The translations under genes were made by a program, and so were the position numbers. The notes under the pieces were generated by a model. The model did not search any database and was not told the DNA's origin. It saw only the letters and a program-made list of their open reading frames with translations. A stretch of DNA of 35,956 nt, taken from the sequence record SRR2962707_782. One strand, given 5' to 3'. Shown here in pieces: positions 1 to 10,271 of this stretch. How positions within the stretch are numbered: the stretch's first letter is position 1; every line of letters begins with the position of its first letter.

Positions 1-5
1 ACTGG

Positions 6-26
6 ACCCCGGCTCAAGGCCGGGGT
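6..26. repeat. REP-like short palindrome (ACCCCGGC-TCAAG-GCCGGGGT)
   Basis: Perfect 8-bp inverted repeat at 6-13/19-26. The context GGACCCCGGCTCAAGGCCGGGGTGAC resembles alphaproteobacterial intergenic REP elements. Confidence 0.6.
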
Positions 27-94
27 GACCAAGGAGGGTAAGCTGCAACCACCCTTCGGGGGCAGGTCCCCGCTGCAAAAGAGGAAACGCAGAT

Positions 95-1042
95 ATGCCC
101 GGCTACATCCTCAAACGCCTGATCTCGGCCATTCCCGTCATAATCGGGCTGTCGGTGATCGTCTTCGGCATCATGGCGTTGATCCCCGGTGATCCCGCCC
201 TGGCCATTCTCGGGTCCTACGCGACCCCCGAAAACGTTGCCCGCATCAACCGCGAACTTGGTCTCGATCGCCCTGTCTGGGAGCAGTATTTCGTCTGGGT
301 CGGCAATATGGTTCAAGGCGATTTCGGCCGCTCGTTCATCCTCAACCGTCCGGTGATCGATGAAGTGCTCGAGCGCTTCGGCGCCACCCTGATCCTGGCC
401 GGTGCCTCGCTGGTGATGTGTTCGATTCTTGGCATCCTCGCCGGCGTTGTCTCGGCCGTCCGCCAGTTCGGCTGGACCGACCGGATCGTCACCTTCTTCG
501 TCCTGATCGGCATTTCCACCCCCGCCTTCTGGCTGGGCCTGCTCTTCATCCTGTTATTCGCCGTGCAATGGCGGGTCCTGCCCGCTTCGGGCATGTACGC
601 CGTCTATGGCGGCGGCGATCTGCCCGACCTTTTGATCCACCTAATTCTCCCCGCCACAACTCTTGCCATTGTTGCCACCGGCGTAATCGCACGCCTCACC
701 CGCGCGGCAATGCTCGAAGTGCTGCGGCAGGATTTCGTGCGCACCGCCCGCGCCAAGGGGCTCAACGAACGCGCCGTGATCTACCGCCACGCCTTCAAGG
801 CGGCGCTGGTTTCGATCATCCCGGTGATCGGCATTCAGGCCGGGTTCGTTATGGGGGGCGCCGTCTATATCGAGACCGTGTTCCAGTGGCCCGGCATCGG
901 GGCGATGCTGGTCAACGCCATTTCCACCCGCGACATCCTGCTGGTTCAGGGCGGCGTGCTGGTGGTTGCCGTCACCTATGTGCTGATCAACCTTCTCGCT
1001 GACGTGGCGCAGGCCATTCTCGACCCGAGGCTCAAGACATGA
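95..1042 (+). CDS. Peptide/nickel ABC transporter permease (DppB/OppB family)
   Basis: N-terminal YILKRL...PGDPA, EAA-type motif DFVRTARAKGL, C-terminal DPR. RBS GAGGA upstream. Confidence 0.95.
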   Translation: MPGYILKRLISAIPVIIGLSVIVFGIMALIPGDPALAILGSYATPENVARINRELGLDRPVWEQYFVWVGNMVQGDFGRSFILNRPVIDEVLERFGATLILAGASLVMCSILGILAGVVSAVRQFGWTDRIVTFFVLIGISTPAFWLGLLFILLFAVQWRVLPASGMYAVYGGGDLPDLLIHLILPATTLAIVATGVIARLTRAAMLEVLRQDFVRTARAKGLNERAVIYRHAFKAALVSIIPVIGIQAGFVMGGAVYIETVFQWPGIGAMLVNAISTRDILLVQGGVLVVAVTYVLINLLADVAQAILDPRLKT

Positions 1043-2829
1043 CCCAGGCCATCGCGACCACACAACCGCAAGCCTCTTCGGCGCGGCTTTCAAGCTGGAG
1101 CCTGCTGCTCAACAACCGGCTGGCAGCGGGCGGCCTCGTCATCCTCGTTTTGATCGGGGCCATGGCGCTGCTCGCCCCATTGCTGCCCATCCCCGATCCT
1201 GACGCCACCCTTCCCGCCAATCGGCTGCAGCCGATCTTTTCCGACGGGCACCTTCTGGGCACCGACCATCTGGGCCGCGATATTCTCGCCCGGCTCATCT
1301 GGGGCTCGCGGGTGTCGATTGCCGTTGGGCTTTCGGCCACGCTCATCGCGGCGCTGATCGGTTCGCTGATCGGGCTGGTTTCGGGCTACGCGCGCGGGGT
1401 TACCGACAACATCCTGATGCGCGGCATCGATATGCTGATGGCGTTTCCCTATATCCTGCTCGCGCTGGCCATCGTGGCCGTGCTCGGGCCGGGACTGCTC
1501 AACGCGCTTTACGCCATCGCCGTCGTCAATATCCCGTTCTTTGCCCGTAACGTGCGCGGCATCACCGTAGGGTTGGCCAGCCGCGAGTTCGTCGATGCGG
1601 CCCGGCTTTCGGGCAAGTCGCACACGGCCATCCTGTTTTCCGAAGTGCTGCCCAATGTCCTGCCGGTCATCGTCATCACAATGTCAACCACCGTTGGCTG
1701 GATGATCCTCGAAACGGCGGGCCTCTCGTTTCTTGGACTTGGCGCACAGCCGCCGCAATCGGATCTTGGCTCCATGCTGGGCGAAGGCCGGCGCCTGTTG
1801 TTCAACGCGCCTCATGTCTCGATCATCCCGGGGCTGATGATCTTTGCCATCGTCATGAGCATCAACCTTTTGGGCGATGGCGTTCGCGACGTGCTCGACC
1901 CACGCCTGCGGGCCGGCGATCTCACCCGCCCGCTTTCGGTCACGCGGATCGAGCGCGGCAAGCCTGCGGGTAATCAGGAAAAACCCACTGCCATTCTCGA
2001 TGTCCGCAACCTCGAAACGAGCTTCCAGCGCGGCCGGGCCACCATTCCGGCCGTCAAAGATATATCCTTCACCCTCAACAAGGGCGAATGCATGGGGCTG
2101 ATCGGGGAGTCCGGGTCGGGCAAATCGGTCACAGCCCTCTCGCTTCTCGGCCTGGTTGCCTCCCCTCCGGGCATCATCACCGGCGGTTCGGTTTCCATCG
2201 AGGGCGAGGACGTGTTCTCCCGGTCGGAAAGCGGCATCAGGGCGCTGCGCGGCTCGAAAGTCGCCTATGTGTTTCAGGACCCGCTGACCACGCTTCACCC
2301 GCTCTACAAGGTCGGCGAGCAGATCGCCGAAGCCATCACCACGCACCAGCCCGTCGGCAAAAGCGAGGCAAAAAAGCGCGCCATTGAATTGATGGAACAG
2401 GTGGGCATTCGCGATGCCGCCGACCGCGTCGATGCCTTCCCGCACGAAATGAGCGGCGGGCAGCGTCAGCGTATCGGGATCGCCATGGCGCTGGCCAACG
2501 ATCCCGACATCATCATCGCCGACGAGCCGACAACGGCGCTGGACGTCACAGTGCAGGCCAAGATCCTCGACCTGCTGCAAAAGCTGCGGCGCGAGCGCGG
2601 CATGGCGCTGTTGCTCATCACCCACGATTTCGGCGTCGTGGCGGAAGTGTGCGACCGGGTCGCGGTGATGAAGGACGGGGCCATCGTTGAAAGCGGCAAG
2701 TCAATCGACCTGCTGCGCGATCCCCAGCACGATTACACCAAAAGGCTCATCGCCTGCGTTCCCGAGTTGGGCAAGGGCAAGGATTTCCTTGCCACCGTCC
2801 GTCCCCTGTTTGCGGAGGGCAGGTCATGA
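1039..2829 (+). CDS. Fused peptide ABC permease (DppC-like) and ATPase (DppD-like)
   Basis: N-terminal half has [20 protein letters not shown] and LDPR. C-terminal half has Walker [26 protein letters not shown] and ITHD. ATGA overlap with the upstream gene. Confidence 0.93.
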   Translation: MTQAIATTQPQASSARLSSWSLLLNNRLAAGGLVILVLIGAMALLAPLLPIPDPDATLPANRLQPIFSDGHLLGTDHLGRDILARLIWGSRVSIAVGLSATLIAALIGSLIGLVSGYARGVTDNILMRGIDMLMAFPYILLALAIVAVLGPGLLNALYAIAVVNIPFFARNVRGITVGLASREFVDAARLSGKSHTAILFSEVLPNVLPVIVITMSTTVGWMILETAGLSFLGLGAQPPQSDLGSMLGEGRRLLFNAPHVSIIPGLMIFAIVMSINLLGDGVRDVLDPRLRAGDLTRPLSVTRIERGKPAGNQEKPTAILDVRNLETSFQRGRATIPAVKDISFTLNKGECMGLIGESGSGKSVTALSLLGLVASPPGIITGGSVSIEGEDVFSRSESGIRALRGSKVAYVFQDPLTTLHPLYKVGEQIAEAITTHQPVGKSEAKKRAIELMEQVGIRDAADRVDAFPHEMSGGQRQRIGIAMALANDPDIIIADEPTTALDVTVQAKILDLLQKLRRERGMALLLITHDFGVVAEVCDRVAVMKDGAIVESGKSIDLLRDPQHDYTKRLIACVPELGKGKDFLATVRPLFAEGRS

Positions 2830-3626
2830 GCAATGCCATCGTCGTAAAGGATCTGGTCAAGACCTTCGGGGGCAACCGCACCCTGTTCGGCGGCAAGAGC
2901 CATGAAGTTCGCGCCGTAAAGGGCGTTTCGTTGGAACTCAGGCAGGGCGAGACCCTGGCTATCGTGGGCGAGAGCGGCTCGGGCAAATCGACAATCGCGC
3001 GCATGCTGGTCGGGCTGGAAGAGCCGACATCGGGCTCCATCGAAATCGGCGGCAAAGATTACGCAGCGTTGCAGTCGGAAGGCTCGCGTGCCTTTGGGCA
3101 AATGATCCAGTATGTGTTTCAGGATCCCGTCGCTTCTCTGAATCCGCGCAAGACGATAGACAAGATCCTTGATGTGCCGCTCAACCTGTTGCGCGGCCAT
3201 GACAGTGAAAAGCGCAAGGCCCGCAAGCGCGAACTGCTCGACGCCGTGCAGATGCCCAAGGACACGCTGGAGCGTTATCCGCACGAATTTTCCGGCGGCC
3301 AGGCCCAGCGCATCGCCATCGCGCGCGCCCTGGCGGCCGAAGCGAAAATCATGGTGCTGGACGAACCCGTCTCGGCGCTCGATGTTTCGGTGCAGGCCCA
3401 GGTTCTCCTGCTGCTCGACGATCTGAAGCGCGAATTCGGGCTGTCCTACCTGTTCATCAGCCACGACCTCGCCGTCGTGGAATCGGTATCGGACCGGGTC
3501 GGCGTCATGTATTTGGGCGAAATGGTCGAACTGGACACCGCCGAGAAACTGTTTGCCGCGCCGGGTCACGACTATACAAGGGAGCTCATTGCCAGCGCAC
3601 CCAAGCTGGCCGCAGCAGCCCAGTAA
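2826..3626 (+). CDS. Peptide ABC transporter ATP-binding protein (DppF/OppF-like)
   Basis: [31 protein letters not shown]. Confidence 0.95.
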   Translation: MSNAIVVKDLVKTFGGNRTLFGGKSHEVRAVKGVSLELRQGETLAIVGESGSGKSTIARMLVGLEEPTSGSIEIGGKDYAALQSEGSRAFGQMIQYVFQDPVASLNPRKTIDKILDVPLNLLRGHDSEKRKARKRELLDAVQMPKDTLERYPHEFSGGQAQRIAIARALAAEAKIMVLDEPVSALDVSVQAQVLLLLDDLKREFGLSYLFISHDLAVVESVSDRVGVMYLGEMVELDTAEKLFAAPGHDYTRELIASAPKLAAAAQ

Positions 3627-3630
3627 CATC

Positions 3631-4434
3631 ATGACCGCCCTCGAAACACCCGCCCCGCTCCGCCGCAAGCGCACTGACGAAATCGTCGACGCGATCAAAA
3701 AAACCATCATCGAGCACGGCCTGCAGCCCGGAGACCGGCTGCCGCAGGAGCGCGAGTTGATGGAGCAGTACACGGCGTCGAAGGGAACGATCCGCGAGGC
3801 CCTGAAATCACTCGAAGTTCAAGGGCTGATCCGCACCCGCACCGGGCCGGGCGGCGGGGCGTTCATCGACACCATGTCGGAAAACCGGGCGATGAGCCTG
3901 CTGTCCAACTACCTGTTCGCCAAGACGGTGACCATTGGCGACATCTACGCGCTGCGCAAAGTGCTCGAACCGCTGGTTGCCGTCAGCGCCATGGCCAATA
4001 TGAACGACGCGGCCTATGAGCGGCTCAATGGCATCATCGCGATTTACGACCACGAGCCCGCCGACGCGCAGGAACGCTGGGACCAGCGCATGGCCGAACT
4101 CGATTTCCATGCCGTTGTCGCCGAATATGCCGACAATGCGCTGCTCGCCTTCACCTGCCGCTTCCTGCAACGGCTCTTGAAGGATCTCGCCGTCTGCCAC
4201 GACATCTACGTCCAACCCAAGCCCGTGCTGCGCGCCCAGGGGATCCAGTACCAGCGCAGGATGATGGCCGCCATGCAGGCGGGCGATGCCGACAGCGTTC
4301 ACACCATCATGTCAGATCACATGGCCTATGCCGAACGGTCCATGCTGGACCTGCAAGCCCAGCTGAACGGGGACTTCCTCCATGATCCCGTCGCCCGCGG
4401 GCGCACCGGGAAACGGCGGAAGGGCACAAAATGA
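3631..4434 (+). CDS. GntR/FadR-family transcriptional regulator
   Basis: wHTH PGDRLPQERELMEQY..SKGTIREALKSLE..GLI plus FCD domain (DFHAVVA). ATG 3631 just after the upstream stop is preferred over the ORF-track start 3553. Confidence 0.92.
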   Translation: MTALETPAPLRRKRTDEIVDAIKKTIIEHGLQPGDRLPQERELMEQYTASKGTIREALKSLEVQGLIRTRTGPGGGAFIDTMSENRAMSLLSNYLFAKTVTIGDIYALRKVLEPLVAVSAMANMNDAAYERLNGIIAIYDHEPADAQERWDQRMAELDFHAVVAEYADNALLAFTCRFLQRLLKDLAVCHDIYVQPKPVLRAQGIQYQRRMMAAMQAGDADSVHTIMSDHMAYAERSMLDLQAQLNGDFLHDPVARGRTGKRRKGTK

Positions 4435-5498
4435 TCGACACCGCATACCTCACGCGCTGCCTTGAGGACCTCGTCAACACCCCCTCCCCGGTCGGGATGA
4501 CCGAACGCGCCAGCGCCAAGGTCGCCGCATGGCTCGAAACGATGGGCTATCGCGTCAGCTACACCCGCCGCGGCGTTCTCAGCGTCACCATCGGCAATGG
4601 CGAGCCGCGCCGCGCGCTGGCCGCCCATATCGATACGCTGGGCGCCATGGTCACTGGCTTTCACCCAAACGGCCGCCCGAAGCTGCGCAACACGGGAACA
4701 TGGGCGGCGCGGTTTGCCGAAGGAGCGCGCTGCACGATCTTTACCGACACTGGCGAATTGCGCGGCACCATTTTGCCGCTCAAGGCATCGGGGCATCTGT
4801 TCAACACGGAAGTCGATACCCAACCGTCCGATTGGGACAATCTCGAAGTGCGGATCGACGAATTTTTCAATATTGAGGAAATGTCGGGCTCCCGAACACT
4901 CAACTCCACACCTTTTGGCGTCAATGTTGGCGATGTTGTTGCCATCGATGCGCAGCCCGAATTCCTCGAAAACGGCTTCATCGTCTCGCGTCATCTCGAC
5001 GACAAGGCGGGCGTCGCGTGCCTCCTCGCGGCCCTGAAATACTTCGCAGATGAGGGCAAAACGCCGGACGTCCCGGCCCAGGTGATGTTCACCATTTCCG
5101 AGGAAGTCGGAATTGGCGGAACGCACGGATTTGGTGAGCAGGTTCAAGAGCTTGTGGCCGTCGACAATGGCGTCACCGGCCCCGGCCAGACCACAAATGA
5201 CGAGGCCGCAACCATCGCTTTTCGCGACCGCACCGGCCCCTTCGATCTGCCGATCACAAGGCACCTTCGGGCGCTGGCGCAGGCCAAAAACATCGCCCAT
5301 GTGCGCGACACCTTCCGCTCCTACCGCTCCGACAGCGCCGCCGCCATCGATGCGGGCTGGGATTTGCGGGTCGGGCTGATCTGCTTTTCGCTGGACGCCT
5401 CGCATGGCTGGGAGCGCACGCATATCAAGTCACTGGAAGAGCTCACGAAATTGATCGTCGCTTATATCGAAAGCGAGCTGGTTCCCCTGCCCGGTTAG
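4431..5498 (+). CDS. M42-family metallopeptidase, NAGGN-system type
   Basis: PSPVG, AHIDTLG, SRHLDDKAG, EEVG, SHGWERTH. The ARFAEGAR and TILPLKASGH segments match my recollection of the NAGGN-associated M42 clade. Confidence 0.85.
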   Translation: MIDTAYLTRCLEDLVNTPSPVGMTERASAKVAAWLETMGYRVSYTRRGVLSVTIGNGEPRRALAAHIDTLGAMVTGFHPNGRPKLRNTGTWAARFAEGARCTIFTDTGELRGTILPLKASGHLFNTEVDTQPSDWDNLEVRIDEFFNIEEMSGSRTLNSTPFGVNVGDVVAIDAQPEFLENGFIVSRHLDDKAGVACLLAALKYFADEGKTPDVPAQVMFTISEEVGIGGTHGFGEQVQELVAVDNGVTGPGQTTNDEAATIAFRDRTGPFDLPITRHLRALAQAKNIAHVRDTFRSYRSDSAAAIDAGWDLRVGLICFSLDASHGWERTHIKSLEELTKLIVAYIESELVPLPG

Positions 5499-7042
5499 TC
5501 GCGTTCTTCGCGCGACAGGGGATGGAAAGTACGAAGACCGGCCGGCAGCAGCGCATCGGGGATGTTCTGATAGGACACCGGGCGCAGGAAGCGGCGGATC
5601 GAGAGGGTGCCGACAGAGGTGGCGCCGAAGTTCGTCGAAGCCGGGTATGGGCCGCCATGTACCATCGCGTCGGCAACTTCCACGCCGGTCGGGAAGCCGT
5701 TGGCCAGAACACGGCCCGCCTTGCGCTCGAGAATGGGCATCAGCGAGCGGCCAAGGTCAGTATCGCCTGCATCCATGTGGATGGTGCAGGTCAATTGGCC
5801 CTGCAGCGATCTTGCGATGTGGCGCATCTGGTCGGCATCCTTGACGGTCACGATCAGGCCCAGAGGTCCGAACACTTCCTCGCCGAGGTCGTGGTTGCCC
5901 AACCAGGTTTCCCCATCTGTTTCAAATAGATAGGGCGTGGCGTTGCGCAGATCGCAGGTCGAGGTCAGAAGTTCCTGCACGCCCGATGAGGCCGCAATGC
6001 GGTCGCGGCCGTCGCGGTAGGCCTTGGCGATCCCGTCAGTCAGCATGGTCTGGGGACCGACGTCGGACAGCGCGGCCTTAGCCGTATCGATAAAGCTTCG
6101 GGCTTCATCCCCTTCGATCAGCACCGCAATGCCGGGATTGGTGCAGAACTGCCCGGCACCCATCGACAGGGACCCGGCCCAGCCCTTGCCCATCTCCTCG
6201 GCCCGCGCCTTGAGGGCCTCGGGCAGAACGAACATGGGATTGACCGAACCCAATTCTCCAAAGAAAGGAATGGGCTCAGGGCGGGCCGCACAAAGATCAT
6301 AAAGCGCCCTGCCGCCACCGAGCGAGCCGGTAAAGCCGACAGCCTTGATATCGGGATGCTGGACCAGCGCCTGGCCGACCGAGCGATCCCCGCCCTGGAC
6401 GAGAGAGAAGACGCCGGGGTGCAGGTCGAGCTTTTTCCGTGCAGCATCAATGGCCTGCGCGACGATCTCGCCTGTGCCCGGATGAGCCCCGTGACCCTTT
6501 ACGACGACCGGGCAACCTGCGGCCAGCGCTGCCGCTGTGTCGCCGCCTGCCGTCGAAAACGCCAACGGGAAATTGGACGCGCCGAACACGGCGACCGGCC
6601 CAATCGGGCGCTGGACCATCTTGAGGTCCGGACGCGGCGCAGGCTTGCGGTCGGGCAGCGCTTCATCATGGCGGCGGTCAAGATAATCGCCCTTGAGGAT
6701 GTGATCGGCGAACAGGCGCAACTGGCCGGTGGTGCGCCCACGCTCGCCTTCGAGGCGCGCAGCGGGGAGCCCTGTTTCCTGGGTGCCGATTTCAGTGATT
6801 TCAGCGCCCCGCGCCTCGATCTCATCGGCGATCAGACTAAGGAACTTGGCGCGATCCTCACGGCTGGAATAGCCATAGGACCAGAACGCCTGCTCGGCAG
6901 CCTTTGCAGCGCGGTCCACAAGCTCGGGCGTGCCTACGGCGAAGTCATGGCTGGGCCCCGATGCCGGTTCGGATGCAAACGTCCCCGCGCCATCAACCCA
7001 TTCGCCCGCGATCAGATGCTTGCCGGTAGGGGTAAAACTCAT
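5495..7042 (-). CDS. Aldehyde dehydrogenase (NADP+), 2,5-dioxopentanoate/ketoglutarate semialdehyde dehydrogenase type
   Basis: FGASNFPLAFSTAGGDTA, GFTGSLGGG, GELGSVNP, GQFCTNPG, EEVFGP, HGGPYPAS. Confidence 0.9.
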   Translation of the reverse strand: MSFTPTGKHLIAGEWVDGAGTFASEPASGPSHDFAVGTPELVDRAAKAAEQAFWSYGYSSREDRAKFLSLIADEIEARGAEITEIGTQETGLPAARLEGERGRTTGQLRLFADHILKGDYLDRRHDEALPDRKPAPRPDLKMVQRPIGPVAVFGASNFPLAFSTAGGDTAAALAAGCPVVVKGHGAHPGTGEIVAQAIDAARKKLDLHPGVFSLVQGGDRSVGQALVQHPDIKAVGFTGSLGGGRALYDLCAARPEPIPFFGELGSVNPMFVLPEALKARAEEMGKGWAGSLSMGAGQFCTNPGIAVLIEGDEARSFIDTAKAALSDVGPQTMLTDGIAKAYRDGRDRIAASSGVQELLTSTCDLRNATPYLFETDGETWLGNHDLGEEVFGPLGLIVTVKDADQMRHIARSLQGQLTCTIHMDAGDTDLGRSLMPILERKAGRVLANGFPTGVEVADAMVHGGPYPASTNFGATSVGTLSIRRFLRPVSYQNIPDALLPAGLRTFHPLSREERD

Positions 7043-7089
7043 GGGAAATCTCCGAGAATGTGATGGGGGGCGGTAGAACCACCAGGAAT

Positions 7090-7102
7090 TAAGTATGACT
7101 TA
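7090..7102. promoter_or_regulatory. Candidate GntR/FadR-type operator TAAGT-ATG-ACTTA upstream of the aldehyde dehydrogenase
   Basis: Perfect 5-bp-arm palindrome with a GT-N3-AC core in AT-rich DNA about 50 nt upstream of the ATG at 7042. Confidence 0.5.
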
Positions 7103-7159
7103 TTGTTCGCAGCGTGCCTTTACAACCCCGCAAACAGACCAGAGACATAAGTTTTCCGC

Positions 7160-7765
7160 TTAAATGCGGGCGGCGGTCCATTGCACCATCTGGCGCAGGA
7201 TGGCGTCGAGCGCGCTGTTGAGGGCGGCGACCACATTGGCCTGATCGAGCGAGGGCGATGGAACATCGGCGCTGAAGGTCTGGCTGGCGATGACCGTGCG
7301 GCTTCGGTCGCTCACAAGCTGGATGGCCAGGGCAACGCGCGCCATGGCGCCGCCAGCGGTCGTATCGAGTTCGAACGCCCGGATGTCGGTGGACAGGATT
7401 ACATCAAGCGCAATCGGATCGGTCGGCTTGCCGATGTTGGTGACCCCGGCGTCGCGGAACGATTGCAGCATGCGGGTCTGGACCAGCATGGGCAGCGTGT
7501 CGGACCATTGAGCTTCACTGAGATAGCTCAGAACGCCGCCGGGCTGGCGGACGACGATCCTCTGGGTGTCGTAGGTGGAAATGGTAGCCGGCTCGCGCAC
7601 GACGATCGTGCGGTTGCTTCGCGGCGCAACTGGCGCGGGCGCACCCGGCGTCAGATCATAGGTCACGGGCGCCGTGGCGCCCAGCCCGAGGCAGCCGGCC
7701 AGCGTCGAGGTGAGCCCGATGGCGGACATCGAGAGAAAGGCGCGGCGGCCGATTTTGGCACTCAT
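7160..7765 (-). CDS. ABC-type transport auxiliary lipoprotein (PqiC-like)
   Basis: Twin-arginine-like GRRAFL plus lipobox LAGC, AQWSD.LP motif, last gene of the MCE operon. Confidence 0.85.
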   Translation of the reverse strand: MSAKIGRRAFLSMSAIGLTSTLAGCLGLGATAPVTYDLTPGAPAPVAPRSNRTIVVREPATISTYDTQRIVVRQPGGVLSYLSEAQWSDTLPMLVQTRMLQSFRDAGVTNIGKPTDPIALDVILSTDIRAFELDTTAGGAMARVALAIQLVSDRSRTVIASQTFSADVPSPSLDQANVVAALNSALDAILRQMVQWTAARI

Positions 7766-7818
7766 CTGGCTCGTCCCTTGTTTAAGCTTTATCGCGTTTC
7801 CGACCTGCCACGCTGAAA

Positions 7819-9486
7819 CTACGGCGTGAAGTCGCGCACGGTTTCTCCGCCGAACACCAGCGACTGCGGATTGCGCTCGATTTGTTGCATAACGCGGTTG
7901 AAGAGCTCAAGGCTCCGTACCGCCTCGTTGGCGAGGGTGGTATAGGCACCCAGTCCGTTGTTGGTGAATGTGATAAGGCCGTTCGAGATGGCCAGCGTGC
8001 GCTCGTCGAGCGCATTGGCGAGGCTTTCGATGGAGTTGGCCGCCGTGGCGATATCGGCGACCACCCGCTGCCCCTCGGGCGAAGCAGCAACACTGTTGAG
8101 CGTGTCGGACAGTTCGCGAATAGAGGTCGCAGCCGCGCTGAAATCGGCAAACAGCGATTGCCCATCCTCAGACGCCACCATTCCATCAACGCGATTGATG
8201 AGCTGGCGCAGCGCAGTCGCTGTCGCGCCGAACTCCTCGAACAGCATGTTGCCGTCCTCGGTGGTGATCATGCCGTCGATGCGGGCGATGATGGTGTCGG
8301 CGCGTTCGGTGGCGTTGCCCAGCGTTTCGGTGAAGGTGCGCGTGTTGGTGAGGATTTCATCGACATTGACGGCGTTGTTACCCAAGGCAGTCGCAAAGGC
8401 GTCGATGTTGTCCATGGCCCGGGCAATAACGTCGGGATCGACTGCAGCGGACGCCCGATCAATCAGGTCGAGGGTGCCCTGCAGCCCATCCGAGACGCCC
8501 GAAAGATTGGTGGCAAGGGCGCGCGCATCATCGAAAAAGCCCTGAATGTTCTCGGTGTTGTCGGCCAGCGTCTGGGCGAAGGTGCCAATATCGGAAACGG
8601 TCGAGCGAACGTCCTCAGGCGGAATGGCAGCTACGATCTCGCGGACCTGGACGGTCAGATCGCGCAGTTCGTCGGCCAACGGCCCAATGCGTTCGCTGGT
8701 CGCCGTCATTGAGGACAGGAAGCCGTCTATGCCTTCGGAATTGGAGGCCAGCGCGGTCGAAAATGTCTCGGCATTAGCGATGGTCGCTGTGAGGCTTTCG
8801 CGGTTTTCGGCAACCAGAAGTTCAAGCTCGGAGAGCGTTGCCGTGGCGCTTTCCAGCGCCGTGCTGACGTTGGAAACCACTGTATCGAAATCTGATCCCT
8901 CGCCCGCGCCCTCAACCAGGCCGGCGAGGCCGCTGGACAACTCGTCGATGTTGGCAAGAGTGGACGTCAACCGCTCCTCGTTGGAGGCAAAGAATGTGTC
9001 GATGCGTTCGAAGGTGGATTCGGCGCTGGCGATGATGTCGCGGGCGCCTTCCATTATCAGCTGAAAATCTGAGGCTTCGCCACGCATGACCGCTATGGTC
9101 TGGCCCGGCTGCGGTTCGAGCCTTCCCGCTTCGAGCGTGCCGCCCAATAGCTGGATGTTGGCAAAACCGGTCAGCCCCTGCACCTCGAGAATGGCGCGGG
9201 TGTCGTTCATGACCGGCGCGTCGGCTTCCACACCAATGCGGGCCAAGACCTGGCTGGGGTTTTCGGGATTGATCGAAACCGCTTCGACCGTACCCACAGG
9301 CAGACCGTTGAAAAGCACGTTGGTGCCGGGCGCCAGGCCCGTCACCGCGCCATCGAAAACGATACGATATGCGGCGCGTTCGCTCACCTGATCGGCTATC
9401 GAGAACCAATAGACAAAGCCCATGAACCCCGCGATAACCAAGGTCATGAAGGCGCCGACGATGGCGTAATTTGCCTTATTTTCCAT
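7819..9486 (-). CDS. mlaD: MCE/MlaD-family protein with long helical tail
   Basis: MENKANYAIVGAF N-terminal TM, MCE motif VTGL..G..V.FNG..VG.V, GLTG, C-terminal IERNPQSLVFG. Confidence 0.9.
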   Translation of the reverse strand: MENKANYAIVGAFMTLVIAGFMGFVYWFSIADQVSERAAYRIVFDGAVTGLAPGTNVLFNGLPVGTVEAVSINPENPSQVLARIGVEADAPVMNDTRAILEVQGLTGFANIQLLGGTLEAGRLEPQPGQTIAVMRGEASDFQLIMEGARDIIASAESTFERIDTFFASNEERLTSTLANIDELSSGLAGLVEGAGEGSDFDTVVSNVSTALESATATLSELELLVAENRESLTATIANAETFSTALASNSEGIDGFLSSMTATSERIGPLADELRDLTVQVREIVAAIPPEDVRSTVSDIGTFAQTLADNTENIQGFFDDARALATNLSGVSDGLQGTLDLIDRASAAVDPDVIARAMDNIDAFATALGNNAVNVDEILTNTRTFTETLGNATERADTIIARIDGMITTEDGNMLFEEFGATATALRQLINRVDGMVASEDGQSLFADFSAAATSIRELSDTLNSVAASPEGQRVVADIATAANSIESLANALDERTLAISNGLITFTNNGLGAYTTLANEAVRSLELFNRVMQQIERNPQSLVFGGETVRDFTP

Positions 9487-9489
9487 CGT

Positions 9490-10269
9490 TTAGTGTCGCT
9501 CCAGATGGTGCTCGGCGCGCGGGCCATGGAAATAATCGACCAACCAGGGGTCGTCCGACGCCTGCAGCTCGGCCAGCGTGCCCACCTGCAGCAATCTGCC
9601 CTGTCCGAGAGCGGCGATACGGTCGCAGACCGTAACGAGGCTGTCGAGGTCGTGGGTGACCATATAGACGGTAAGCCCCAGCGCCGTCTTGAGGCTCAAC
9701 ACAAGTTCATCGAACCGGGCGGCCCCTATCGGGTCGAGCCCGGCGGTGGGTTCATCCAGGAAGATGACGTCGGGATCGAGCGCCAGAGCGCGCGCCAGGG
9801 CAGCCCGCTTGATCATTCCGCCTGACAATTCGGCAGGATAGAGGTTTTCGGCTTCAGGGCTGAGGCCGACGAGATCAATCTTGAAGCGGGCAATTTCGCG
9901 GCGCAGCTTTTTCGGGATATCGAAGTGCTCGCGCATGGGGAATTCGACGTTTTCGAGGACCGTGAGCGAGGAAAACAGCGCTCCTTGCTGGAACAGCACG
10001 CCCCAGCGGCGTTCGACGGCAACGCGATCTCGTGAGGACAGACCGGCATAGTCCTGGCCGAAGACCTCGATTGTGCCGGCGCGCTTGGGCAAAAGCCCGA
10101 TAAGCGCCCGCAAAGTCACCGATTTGCCAGAACCGGAGGGGCCGATGACGCCAAGTACCTCGCCCTTGCGGACGTCGAGCGTGAAGCCATCGATGACGTT
10201 GCGATCGCCAAAGCCAACCACGAGGTCGCGGATCGAGATGATGGGATCTGGGATTGCCGCGTCGACCAT
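9490..10269 (-). CDS. mlaF: MlaF-type ABC ATPase
   Basis: GPSGSGKS, LFQQGALFSSLTV, LSGGMIKRAALARA, DEPTAGLDP, VTHD. Confidence 0.92.
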   Translation of the reverse strand: MVDAAIPDPIISIRDLVVGFGDRNVIDGFTLDVRKGEVLGVIGPSGSGKSVTLRALIGLLPKRAGTIEVFGQDYAGLSSRDRVAVERRWGVLFQQGALFSSLTVLENVEFPMREHFDIPKKLRREIARFKIDLVGLSPEAENLYPAELSGGMIKRAALARALALDPDVIFLDEPTAGLDPIGAARFDELVLSLKTALGLTVYMVTHDLDSLVTVCDRIAALGQGRLLQVGTLAELQASDDPWLVDYFHGPRAEHHLERH

Positions 10270-10271
10270 GC

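Noticed and set aside
5495-5530. Overlapping convergent stops and a short extra C-terminal tail on the aldehyde dehydrogenase
   Set aside because: Small convergent overlaps are common, and there is no evidence of a frameshift or pseudogene.
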